A stretch of 64,000 nucleotides of DNA from Clostridia bacterium (lineage in GTDB: Bacteria; Bacillota; Clostridia; Christensenellales; CAG-138). Below, piece after piece: positions 55,730 to 64,000 of this stretch. A model generated the notes under the pieces. It ran no database searches, was not told the DNA's origin, and worked only from the letters and a program-made list of their open reading frames with translations. Position 1 is the stretch's first letter. Every line of letters starts with the position of its first letter. Both the position numbers and the translations under genes were made by a program. The stretch lies in contig DAIRTE010000001.1 of the NCBI GenBank assembly GCA_036804025.1, forward strand, positions 2,542-66,541. The letters run 5' to 3'.

Positions 55730-56755
55730 ATGAAAGCGTTTGTTTATAACGGCGGCAAGGATTTTGCGATTCAGGAACTGCCAATTCCCGAAGCAGAGGC
55801 TGGGGAAGCGATCGCAAGAATACTTTGCGCTTCAATCTGCGGCACGGACCTCAGGACATACCGCTTCGGCAACGAGAAACTGAAAACGCCGATTACGATT
55901 GGTCATGAGGCGTGCTATCAGATCGTTGATAGCGGAAAGAACGCCAGCCTCTCCGGCAGATACATCGTTGCGCCGGCGATTGGCTGCGGCCGGTGCAGAA
56001 GCTGCAAGAAAGGGCGCACGAACATGTGCGACTCGCTGCAGACCATCGGGTTCCAATATCCGGGTACGTTTGCGGAATATATCAGGATTCCGGCCGAAGC
56101 GATCGATCGGGGACATTTGATTCGCGTGCCGGACCATGTTTCGAACCAGGCGGCCAGCGTAGTGGAACCGGTTGCGTGTGCAATCAATGCGCAGAGCTAT
56201 CTCAAAATTGAGGATGGGGACAGTGTACTCATTTACGGCGCGGGATATTTGGGATGCATTCATGCGGAACTGGCAAGGATGCAGGGCGCTCGAACGGTCA
56301 TGATCGCTGAGGTATCCGAAAACAGGCGCAACAGAGCGAAAGAACTCGTGCCCGATGCGGATGTGATCAACTCGTATGACAAAGCGTATATGGATCAAGT
56401 GAGAGACAATGTCGGCGGGTCCGGCGTGGATGTTGTGATTACGGCATGCCCGGCTGGCATTACGCATCGCCAGGGGCTGGAATTGTTGAACAAGAATGGT
56501 CGAATGAGTCTTTTTGGCGGGCTGCCTGGCGGGAACAACTTCCATTTGGACAGCAATTTAATCCATTATAAAGAAGCGGGTGTGTTTGGCGCGCATGCTT
56601 CGACGGTAGAGCAAAACAGGCAGGCGTTGGAACTGGTGGCTAGCGGTCGACTGAACGTTGAGAAGTACATTACGGAGTTTGCGCTGGAAGATGTGGACAA
56701 AGCGTTTCGCAGCCTGATTGACGAGACAGCGGAAAAAGCCGTACTCATCCCGTAA
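55730..56755 (+). CDS. zinc-dependent medium-chain dehydrogenase
   Basis: ICGTDLRTY, GHEACY, CGRCRSCKKGRTNMC, and IYGAGYLG. ATG 55730 follows gaggag. Confidence 0.88.
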   Translation: MKAFVYNGGKDFAIQELPIPEAEAGEAIARILCASICGTDLRTYRFGNEKLKTPITIGHEACYQIVDSGKNASLSGRYIVAPAIGCGRCRSCKKGRTNMCDSLQTIGFQYPGTFAEYIRIPAEAIDRGHLIRVPDHVSNQAASVVEPVACAINAQSYLKIEDGDSVLIYGAGYLGCIHAELARMQGARTVMIAEVSENRRNRAKELVPDADVINSYDKAYMDQVRDNVGGSGVDVVITACPAGITHRQGLELLNKNGRMSLFGGLPGGNNFHLDSNLIHYKEAGVFGAHASTVEQNRQALELVASGRLNVEKYITEFALEDVDKAFRSLIDETAEKAVLIP

Positions 56756-56950
56756 ACTGCGTATAAGAGCGTGTTGAGACTTCGGGCGGCGCGGGAAAGG
56801 AAGAGAGCAAAAACAGAAGAAATCTGTTAAGATGGGGACAACGAGAAGCAGTTCTTGCTCCATTGATCGCACTTATGTTTTCTCAAGACGGCTTATAAAA
56901 AGCAGCAGGCTCGTCACACAACACAACACCGGAAATCAGGAGGAAACGCC

Positions 56951-58951
56951 ATGAAACTTTTTGTCAACGGTAGCGCGGCGCCCAACGGCGACGGCAGTCA
57001 GGCGCATCCGTTTCGAACCATCCAACAGGCAGCGGCAATTGCCATGCCCGGAGATGAAGTCGTGGTCGCTCCGGGCATATACCCGGAAGATGTCAGCCCG
57101 GTATTTGCGGGAACCGAGCGGAAGCCGATTGTGTATCGCAGCGCAGAGCCAAGGGGCGCTGTCATCACCGGCGCAGATCGCTTTACCAACTGGGAGCACT
57201 ATGATGGCGATGTTTGGAAGCTCACCGTTCCGAACGTATCTTTTCACGGTTACAATCCCTATACCACTTTGGTATTCGGTGACTGGCTGGACCAGAATAT
57301 TCCCGCCCATACCGGGGACGTATTTCTCAATGGCAAGTCCCTGTACGAAATGGATTCTCTTCAAAAGGTTCTTGCGCCAGAATTTCTGAGCAGTTCCTGG
57401 GATCGCGAATTTACGAAGCACACCTGGTATACCTGCCAGTCGGAAGATCGTGATGAAACTCTGATTTATGCCAACTTCCAAGGCAAAGACCCCAACGAAG
57501 CGTGTGCCGAGATCAGCGTTCGCGCCCACTGTTTTTATCCGGAACAGGAGCGCGTCAACTACATTACCCTAAGCGGGTTTGTGGTTACCAAGGCCGCAAC
57601 CCAGTGGGCGCCGCCCACCGCGCTGCAGGAAGGGATGATTGGGCCTCATTGGTCGAAGGGATGGGTCATCGAAAACTGTGAGGTATCCCATTCCAAATGC
57701 TCCGGCATCTCGCTTGGCAAATATCGCCAGCAGAACAACGACAACAAGTGGTCGCGGCAGAAGTATAAAGACGGCTCACAGACGCAGAGGGACTGCTCCT
57801 TCATTGCACAGTTGGACGGCTGGAGCAAGGAAACCATCGGTTCCCACACCGTTCGAAACTGCGACATTCACGACTGCGGGCAAACCGGCGTCGTCGGCAA
57901 TCTGGGTTGCGTGTTCTCCCTGATTGAAAACAACCATATTCATCATATCAACAATAAGGGAAACCTTGCGGGGGCTGAAATCGGCGGCATAAAATTCCAC
58001 GCCGCCATCGACGTTATCATTCGCAACAACCATTTCCATCACTGCACGCGCGGCATTTGGCTGGACTGGCAGACCCAGGGCACCCGCGTATCCTGCAACC
58101 TGTTTCACGACAACTGCCTGGCCAGGGACTACTCTCTGACGCCGGAGAATGGCTCCGGCTTGAGCATGGGCGAAGATCTGTTTATTGAAATTGCCCATGG
58201 CCCGTGCCTGGTGGACAACAACATCCTATTATCCGAACGGGCGGTTAAGCTGCCCACGCAAGGCGTTGCCTTTGTCCACAATCTGTTCGCCGGAGCAATC
58301 ACAGCCGTGGGTTGCGGCGTAAAAAATGGCACCAAGCAATATGATTCTACCCGATACACACCGATTCACAAGCCCCATAGCACGGATATCACCGGCGTCA
58401 TGTCCATTCTCCACGGGGATGTTCGTTTCTACAACAACGTGTTTGTGCAGCAGCCTGTCCGGCCGGGAATGGCAGAGCTGTGCGGCGGTTTTTCGGATCA
58501 CGAATGGGATGACTTTAACCTGACGGTCGGCACAATTCCCTACAGCGGCTACATGACAGAGGAAGCCTGGAAACGCTGCTTTGATGGCTACTGCGGCGAA
58601 GGTGCCGCCAACACGCGGGACAAATACTATATGCCACTGCCCGTTTGGACCGGCGGCAACGTATATTTCAACGGCGCTCGTCCCTGCGACATAGAAACTG
58701 ACGGCACGGTAGATACCGAGCACACGATTATGCTGGAGCTGCTGGAAGAGGACGGTACATACCGTGTCGTCACCAATCTTTTGGACTATCTGCCTGAGGC
58801 AAAGACCATTTCATCCGATACGCTGGGCATGGCCTTTGAGCCGGAGGAACGCTTTGAAGAACCCAACGGCGCAGATATCGTGTTTGATACGGACTATCAC
58901 GGTGTCCGGCGACCCGAAAAACCCGTAGCCGGACCTTTCAGCAAAACATAA
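56951..58951 (+). CDS. right-handed parallel beta-helix protein (DUF1565/pectate-lyase-fold), no signal peptide
   Basis: 666 aa. N-terminus NGDGSQAHPFRTIQQAAAIAMPGDEVVVAPGIYPE, then repeated NN/H-rich beta-helix turns (IENNHIHHINN, IIRNNHFHHC). Confidence 0.75.
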   Translation: MKLFVNGSAAPNGDGSQAHPFRTIQQAAAIAMPGDEVVVAPGIYPEDVSPVFAGTERKPIVYRSAEPRGAVITGADRFTNWEHYDGDVWKLTVPNVSFHGYNPYTTLVFGDWLDQNIPAHTGDVFLNGKSLYEMDSLQKVLAPEFLSSSWDREFTKHTWYTCQSEDRDETLIYANFQGKDPNEACAEISVRAHCFYPEQERVNYITLSGFVVTKAATQWAPPTALQEGMIGPHWSKGWVIENCEVSHSKCSGISLGKYRQQNNDNKWSRQKYKDGSQTQRDCSFIAQLDGWSKETIGSHTVRNCDIHDCGQTGVVGNLGCVFSLIENNHIHHINNKGNLAGAEIGGIKFHAAIDVIIRNNHFHHCTRGIWLDWQTQGTRVSCNLFHDNCLARDYSLTPENGSGLSMGEDLFIEIAHGPCLVDNNILLSERAVKLPTQGVAFVHNLFAGAITAVGCGVKNGTKQYDSTRYTPIHKPHSTDITGVMSILHGDVRFYNNVFVQQPVRPGMAELCGGFSDHEWDDFNLTVGTIPYSGYMTEEAWKRCFDGYCGEGAANTRDKYYMPLPVWTGGNVYFNGARPCDIETDGTVDTEHTIMLELLEEDGTYRVVTNLLDYLPEAKTISSDTLGMAFEPEERFEEPNGADIVFDTDYHGVRRPEKPVAGPFSKT

Positions 58952-58974
58952 CAGCATCATCGTTCGAAATGGCG

Positions 58975-59007
58975 GTGCCGATCCGGAAATTCGGCACTGC
59001 TTTATTT
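58975..59007 (+). terminator. putative rho-independent terminator after the beta-helix gene
   Basis: 7-bp stem gtgccga/tcggcac with a 9-nt loop, then the T-rich tgctttatttctt. Confidence 0.5.
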
Positions 59008-59053
59008 CTTGCTGTCTTTTTCCAATCATGTAAAGATTTAGAGGTGTAAGTGG

Positions 59054-60094
59054 ATGAAAAATCAAGCGGCATATCTGCACGGGACCAATCATATGTTCAT
59101 AAAAGAGATTCCCATGCCGATACCAAAGGAAAACGAAGCGCTGGTGAAGGTGAAGGTAGTCGGCATCTGCGGCTCGGACGTACACTATTACCAGCACGGC
59201 AGAATCGGCGACTTCGTGGTGACGGGCGACCTCGTTCTCGGTCACGAATGTGCGGGCGAGGTGGTCGCGGTCGGGAGTGCGGTCAAGACGCTCTCCGTCG
59301 GGGATCGCGTCGCGCTGGAGCCGGGCAAAACCTGCGGCAAATGCAAGTATTGCAAGACCGGTAAATACAATCTCTGCCCGGAGGTGGAGTTTTTCGCAAC
59401 CCCGCCTTATCATGGCGTGTTTGCCAACTACGTTACACATCCGGAGGATATGTGCTTCAAGCTGCCGGATCACGTTTCCTATTTGGAAGGCGCGCTCGTG
59501 GAGCCGCTCTCGGTTGGCCTGCACGCTTCCGGAATTGGCGAGGTGAAGCTCGGCGACACGGTCGTGATCTTCGGCGCGGGCTGCATCGGACTTGTAACGC
59601 TGCTTTCCTGTAAGGCGAGGGGCGCATCTAAGGTCCATGTTGTGGACGTGCTGGAAAACCGTCTTGAAACCGCGCGCAGGCTGGGGGCAACGGAGACGAT
59701 CCATGCACAAGAATGCAACGTGGCAGATCGAATTGCCGCGCTAACCGCGGGGCAGGGCGCAGATGTCGTCATCGAGACCGCAGGCTCCGAGGTCACGGTC
59801 AGGCAGACGGCGGACGTTGTCTCCCGCGGCGGCACAATCGTGCTCGTCGGCATGACGGCGAAGGATGAGTCGTCGTTTAACTTCATGAAGCTCATGGGAA
59901 AAGAAGGTCAAATCAAGACGATCTTCCGCTATCGCAACCTGTATCCCGTGGCGATCAGCGCCATCGCGAGCGGGGCGATCGATGTGAAGAGCATCGTGAG
60001 CCACGAGTTTGATTTTGACCACGTGAAAGAAGCGTTCGACTTTGTTGTAAGCAACGCAAGAGACGTCGTCAAAGCGGTCATTCGAATCGATTGA
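59054..60094 (+). CDS. zinc-dependent sorbitol/L-iditol-type dehydrogenase
   Basis: 346 aa. GICGSDVHYYQHGRIGDFVV, GHECAGEV, CGKCKYCKTGKYNLC, and IFGAGCIG. Confidence 0.88.
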   Translation: MKNQAAYLHGTNHMFIKEIPMPIPKENEALVKVKVVGICGSDVHYYQHGRIGDFVVTGDLVLGHECAGEVVAVGSAVKTLSVGDRVALEPGKTCGKCKYCKTGKYNLCPEVEFFATPPYHGVFANYVTHPEDMCFKLPDHVSYLEGALVEPLSVGLHASGIGEVKLGDTVVIFGAGCIGLVTLLSCKARGASKVHVVDVLENRLETARRLGATETIHAQECNVADRIAALTAGQGADVVIETAGSEVTVRQTADVVSRGGTIVLVGMTAKDESSFNFMKLMGKEGQIKTIFRYRNLYPVAISAIASGAIDVKSIVSHEFDFDHVKEAFDFVVSNARDVVKAVIRID

Positions 60095-60221
60095 TCCGAT
60101 TCGCGCCTGAAGGCCCTAATATTCCTTGCGGCGCATGAGAAGCGCCAATACACAAGAGCTTGAGTTTTCTGAAGATATGCCCCGAAAGAGCAATTTGGAT
60201 TGAATGCGTAATCAACCAATA

Positions 60222-61097
60222 TTACTGCGCATCTTTATAGATGCGCTCGATTGACAACTCCCAGTTGCTGCCGTAATGATTCGCTACAAATATCAAAGGC
60301 ACACCATCTGAGGCAGCACCTTCTATGCGCACATTTTGTTCGTCTATTTTAAAATCATCCACACCTAAAAGCTGTTTCGCGTAATGCTGCACCAGCTGAT
60401 TTGCTTGTGTATCGTTCAAACCCCAATCAAGCGAGAGAAAGATCGAACCATCTTCGCTGTAGTTGATTGTATGTGATGGATCCGGGATTCCATATTCTTT
60501 CAGAATGTCTTGCGTCAACACAAACTTGTCATAGGATGAAAAGTACTCCTTGTCAAGCTCGTGTATTTTTGACGCTGTTTCTATACTGGAAAGTTCAAAT
60601 CCAATATTCAGCGTGCCATCTTCTTCCGCTTCTTGGAAACTTATATAATCACCATCACCGCTGAACCCTTCGGACACTTTGGAAATCTGCGAACCGTAAC
60701 CTTGCTGTAACACGCGGTTCATATTACGAATTACATCATCTGTTAATGCGCAGTCGTAATGTAAAAAGATAAAATACTCTCCCGATGAAATGCTGATCGT
60801 ACCTGCTGAAAACCGATCATCCAGACCATCCATTACGTTCGCCTTACCCAGCAAATATCGAATGGTTTCATAAGAAAGTTCGCGCTTTGCTTCCGGTGAA
60901 TATGTTGGAGCGGGCTCCGGCGTTTCAGTTGCAGTTGGAGGAATCTCCGGAGAGGCATTCAGCGCCTCGACGGTTTTGTTGAGTTGCGCAACCTGACTTT
61001 CCAGCACAGTAAGACGTTCCAGCATTTCCTGATTACCGCACCCATGTAGTAACAAAGCAATACAGAAACAGAAGCAGAGAAGTGTAATCCTTTTCAT
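60222..61097 (-). CDS. hypothetical lipoprotein
   Basis: ATG 61097 follows ggagga. Signal peptide with lipobox LLHGC, then a short coiled-coil-like segment and a P/T/E linker. No family recognised. Confidence 0.6.
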   Translation of the reverse strand: MKRITLLCFCFCIALLLHGCGNQEMLERLTVLESQVAQLNKTVEALNASPEIPPTATETPEPAPTYSPEAKRELSYETIRYLLGKANVMDGLDDRFSAGTISISSGEYFIFLHYDCALTDDVIRNMNRVLQQGYGSQISKVSEGFSGDGDYISFQEAEEDGTLNIGFELSSIETASKIHELDKEYFSSYDKFVLTQDILKEYGIPDPSHTINYSEDGSIFLSLDWGLNDTQANQLVQHYAKQLLGVDDFKIDEQNVRIEGAASDGVPLIFVANHYGSNWELSIERIYKDAQ

Positions 61098-61336
61098 TTT
61101 TCCTCCTGTGGTTCTTAGTCTCATGCAAAGAATGGGAAGCATAAGCAGATACAAATTTCGATGTATTACCTAATACTTTATCCCTGCTCGTATTATTCGT
61201 CAACGCATCGAGGGTAAGAACCGGCATGAAAAGGCTCGGATTTATAGTCGGGGGCGGATCAGTTGTATATAGACAAGCCGATATTAAATATAGCTAATGA
61301 TGGAATTGGGCCATTTGGAGTTCAAATAAGGATGGG

Positions 61337-62032
61337 TCACATACGTCTAAATTCCGAAGGCGTGCAACCGTAGTTCCTTCGAAATTGCTTGGTAAAGTAG
61401 GAAACACTTTCAAAACTCAGCAAAGCCGTAATTTCGGAGATACTACGATCTGTGTTTTCCAGAAGTGACTTTGCTTCGGCCATTTTTTCATTCAAAATAT
61501 AAGAGGTGACGGTTGTTCCCGTTTCTTTTTTGAATCTTGCGGAAAGATAGTTTGGGTGAACCGCAATCGCATCTGCGACGCGTTTGAGGCTGCATTTCTC
61601 GTAGATGTGTTGTCGAATAAACTTTACGGCGCGGGTAACAGGCAACGAGTATGATTGCGTTTGACTTTCGCTGACCAGCTCTCGATAATGGGAGAATATT
61701 TCGTTTAAAAAGGCTTCCCAGTCACATGTGTTCTTTTTGCGCTCAATTTCGTTGATATAGTAATCTGAAAGAGCATAGCACTTATGATCGTCAGCACCGA
61801 GATCGGCGGCAGCCCGACAAACGATAGCGACACAGCAGATCAGGCCGTTTTTGATGTTGCGTATATTGTTGTCTGCTAACGGAAATTGTTCCGGTTTTTC
61901 ATAGTTCTTTCTGTCAACAATCTCTCCTTTTAACAGCTCCTCGAAGAAGGTCTTCTCATATTTTCGTGAATAGTGGTCATATCCGATCATCAGAGCTTCT
62001 TTCACTTCCTGATTGGCGATGCGCTTGCTCAC
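61337..62032 (-). CDS. AraC-family transcriptional regulator
   Basis: 231 aa. C-terminal double HTH (SLKRVADAIAVHPNYLSARFKKETG...FESVSYFTKQFRRNYGCTPSEFRR). Divergent from the symporter/GH2 genes. Confidence 0.85.
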   Translation of the reverse strand: MSKRIANQEVKEALMIGYDHYSRKYEKTFFEELLKGEIVDRKNYEKPEQFPLADNNIRNIKNGLICCVAIVCRAAADLGADDHKCYALSDYYINEIERKKNTCDWEAFLNEIFSHYRELVSESQTQSYSLPVTRAVKFIRQHIYEKCSLKRVADAIAVHPNYLSARFKKETGTTVTSYILNEKMAEAKSLLENTDRSISEITALLSFESVSYFTKQFRRNYGCTPSEFRRM

Positions 62033-62175
62033 ATTTTAACCTCCTTAACAATGGTATTATAATCCTTTTGAAAAGATTAATATCGTATTAGCATCATATC
62101 TTAAAAAAAACTAAGATTCAAATATAGTCTTTCAAACACATCAACACATCAAATAATTGCAAAGAGAGAATGATT

Positions 62176-63534
62176 ATGAAAATTGGAAGAAAACTCGGTT
62201 ACGGAATTGGCGATATGGGTGCCGGTATCATCTGGGGCATGGTGAGCAGCTATGTGCTCGTGTATTTGACCGATTCCGTCGGCATGGCAGCGGCAGTTGT
62301 CGGCACCATCATCCTGATCGCGAGAGTTTTTGACGGAATATCTGACGCGCTGATGGGTATTGTAATCGATAAAACACATACAAAGTTTGGCAAGGCGAAA
62401 CCGTGGTACTTGGTCAGCATCCTTCCGCTCGTCATCAATTTTCTTTTGCTGTTCAACATTCCAAAAACAATGTCTGGCACGGCTCAGACGGTTTATGTCT
62501 TTGTACTGTACTTCATGATTACCGCGGTCATATACACCATAAAAGACGTATCCTACAATACGCTGCCTGCCCTGGTCGCAGACAATACAAAAGATCGGGT
62601 CAGCATGACTGTCATTCGGTTTGCATTCAGTTTAACGACGGCAATCATCATTGGAGTCATCACCGTGCCTGCGTTAAATAGCATGGGTGGACTGCAAAAT
62701 CAACAAGCCTGGTCGAACCTTTCTTATATTTTTGCCGCAGTTGGACTTGCGACTCTTCTGATCTCTGCATTTTCGGTAAAAGAGCTTCATGTGGGCAAAA
62801 AAACAACATCTGCTAAGAAAAAGGAAAACTCGCTTCCGATTTACAAATCGATTGCTTATGTGTTTTCGAACAAATACTTTATTCTTGCTCTCACCGCAAC
62901 GCTCGCGGGTATGACGAGAATCGCGCTGATGGGTGCGAGTGTGTACTATGCCAGAGATGTGGTGGGAGATTCGAATTTGGTTGGAATCATTACAATCGCT
63001 TCGCTGTTTCCGATGATCATCGGAATGCTGATCTCAAACCGGCTCGTAAACAAATTGGGAATGCAAAAAGCCAGAACGATTGGGAACGTTGTGAGCGTAG
63101 CTGGTGCACTGCTTGCAGCAATCTTCTCGGATAATTTTACGCTTGTCATCACCGGACTCGCGGTTCTTGGCGTGGGAATGGGTCCATCGACGGCAACGGG
63201 CGCTGCGATGCTGTCACATATCGCCGATTATGGTGAATGGAAGCATCATGTTAAGCTCCAGGGTGTAACGTTCTCATGCAATAGTGTGGCAACAAAAGTG
63301 GGAACTGGCTTGGGCGGCGCGCTGATTGGCTGGGCGTTGTCGGCGGGGGGCTATATTGCCGGGGCGGCCGCGCAAAGCGCACAAACGATATTCATGATAA
63401 AAGGTGTCTTCTTATACGTTCCAGTATTCCTTTGCGCGGTTTCGTTCGTGACGAATTTATTCATGGATATTGAGTATAAAATGCCGGCGATTCACGAAGA
63501 GCTGAAGCAAAGATCAGAAGAACCTGCTGTTTGA
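62176..63534 (+). CDS. glycoside-pentoside-hexuronide (GPH):cation symporter
   Basis: 12-TM profile with an N-terminal GYGIGDMG motif and DGISDALMGIVID, typical of the MelB/GPH family. ATG 62176 lies 7 nt after aaagagag. Confidence 0.85.
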   Translation: MKIGRKLGYGIGDMGAGIIWGMVSSYVLVYLTDSVGMAAAVVGTIILIARVFDGISDALMGIVIDKTHTKFGKAKPWYLVSILPLVINFLLLFNIPKTMSGTAQTVYVFVLYFMITAVIYTIKDVSYNTLPALVADNTKDRVSMTVIRFAFSLTTAIIIGVITVPALNSMGGLQNQQAWSNLSYIFAAVGLATLLISAFSVKELHVGKKTTSAKKKENSLPIYKSIAYVFSNKYFILALTATLAGMTRIALMGASVYYARDVVGDSNLVGIITIASLFPMIIGMLISNRLVNKLGMQKARTIGNVVSVAGALLAAIFSDNFTLVITGLAVLGVGMGPSTATGAAMLSHIADYGEWKHHVKLQGVTFSCNSVATKVGTGLGGALIGWALSAGGYIAGAAAQSAQTIFMIKGVFLYVPVFLCAVSFVTNLFMDIEYKMPAIHEELKQRSEEPAV

Positions 63535-63552
63535 GCATATAAGGAGAGAAAA

Positions 63553-64000
63553 ATGTCGACGATTCAATTAAATGGGATTTGGCTTTTAAAGGATACCAGT
63601 TCGAGTGAATCCATCCAGGCAAATGTACCCGGAACGGTCTTTTCCGCGCTTAGAAGCGCAGGTTTGGCACCGGACCCTTATTATCGGGATCATGAAGATG
63701 CAATTCAAGTTCTGTTTGAGAGCGATTATGAGTATACCAGAGAGTTTCAAGTATGCGCGGACGATCTAAACAGCGATCAACTGACGCTGATCCTCGAGGG
63801 AATTGATACGCTGGGAGAAATCTATCTCAACGACAAACTGCTCGGTCACACCGAAAACATGCATCGCACCTACCGGTTTGATGTCCGGAATCTCCTGTTC
63901 TTCGGAACGAACAAAATTAAGGTCATACTGCATTCGACGAAGAAGCACATGAAAGAACTAGCCCCAAATTCCCCTTTACCAAGTATACTGGGCAACACGG
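63553..64000 (+). CDS. GH2 beta-mannosidase-like glycoside hydrolase (5' part only; truncated by window end)
   Basis: ATG 63553 follows aaggagag. The frame stays open to the window end. The N-terminus (LNGIWLLKD...VPGTVFSAL...PDPYYRDHE...LILEGIDTLGEIYLN) resembles the GH2 sugar-binding domain. Confidence 0.7.
   Translation, partial: MSTIQLNGIWLLKDTSSSESIQANVPGTVFSALRSAGLAPDPYYRDHEDAIQVLFESDYEYTREFQVCADDLNSDQLTLILEGIDTLGEIYLNDKLLGHTENMHRTYRFDVRNLLFFGTNKIKVILHSTKKHMKELAPNSPLPSILGNT

Noticed and set aside
1-64000. Scan for CRISPR arrays, rRNA/tRNA genes, IS elements with terminal inverted repeats, integrases and toxin-antitoxin or defence-type gene pairs.
   Set aside because: None found. The only repeats are short coding tandem repeats in SBP linkers and terminator or intercistronic hairpins. 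No recombinase or transposase ORF is intact.

Overview
This 64-kb window looks like a moderately GC-rich Firmicutes/Clostridia chromosome. Supporting signs are GGAGG-type RBSs, lipobox solute-binding proteins, a PTS whose HPr has His15 and Ser46, and an [FeFe]-hydrogenase. About 55 intact CDSs fill it almost completely. I found no rRNA, tRNA, CRISPR array or intact mobile element. Most of the content is carbohydrate uptake and catabolism: four ABC-importer gene sets, a GPH symporter, GH5, GH10-like, GH65 and GH2 enzymes, and three AraC regulators. (1) The most unusual locus is 9.6-21.0 kb. It is a self-contained galactitol-family PTS operon (EIIC, EIIB, EIIA, PRD activator, HPr, Enzyme I, HAD phosphatase, divergent RbsD/FucU mutarotase). 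Its only candidate catabolic enzymes are one degenerate TrpB-like protein and three TrpA-like paralogues, two of which lack the TrpA catalytic acids. I know of no characterised pathway with this composition, so I flag it as the candidate novel system. (2) At 30.1-35.7 kb there is a HydABC-type [FeFe]-hydrogenase operon. Its NuoF-like subunit is fused to a GltD-like NADPH/FAD module, and HydA has a TSCSPGW L1 motif and a Cys-free coiled-coil tail. (3) At 40-60 kb there is a redox-heavy sugar island with a Gfo/Idh/MocA enzyme, 2 SDRs, 3 Zn-ADHs, 3 VOC-fold proteins, an AraA-like isomerase, an FGGY kinase, a GH10-like enzyme and a cytoplasmic beta-helix protein. All family assignments come from motif recognition by eye. 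No database search was run.
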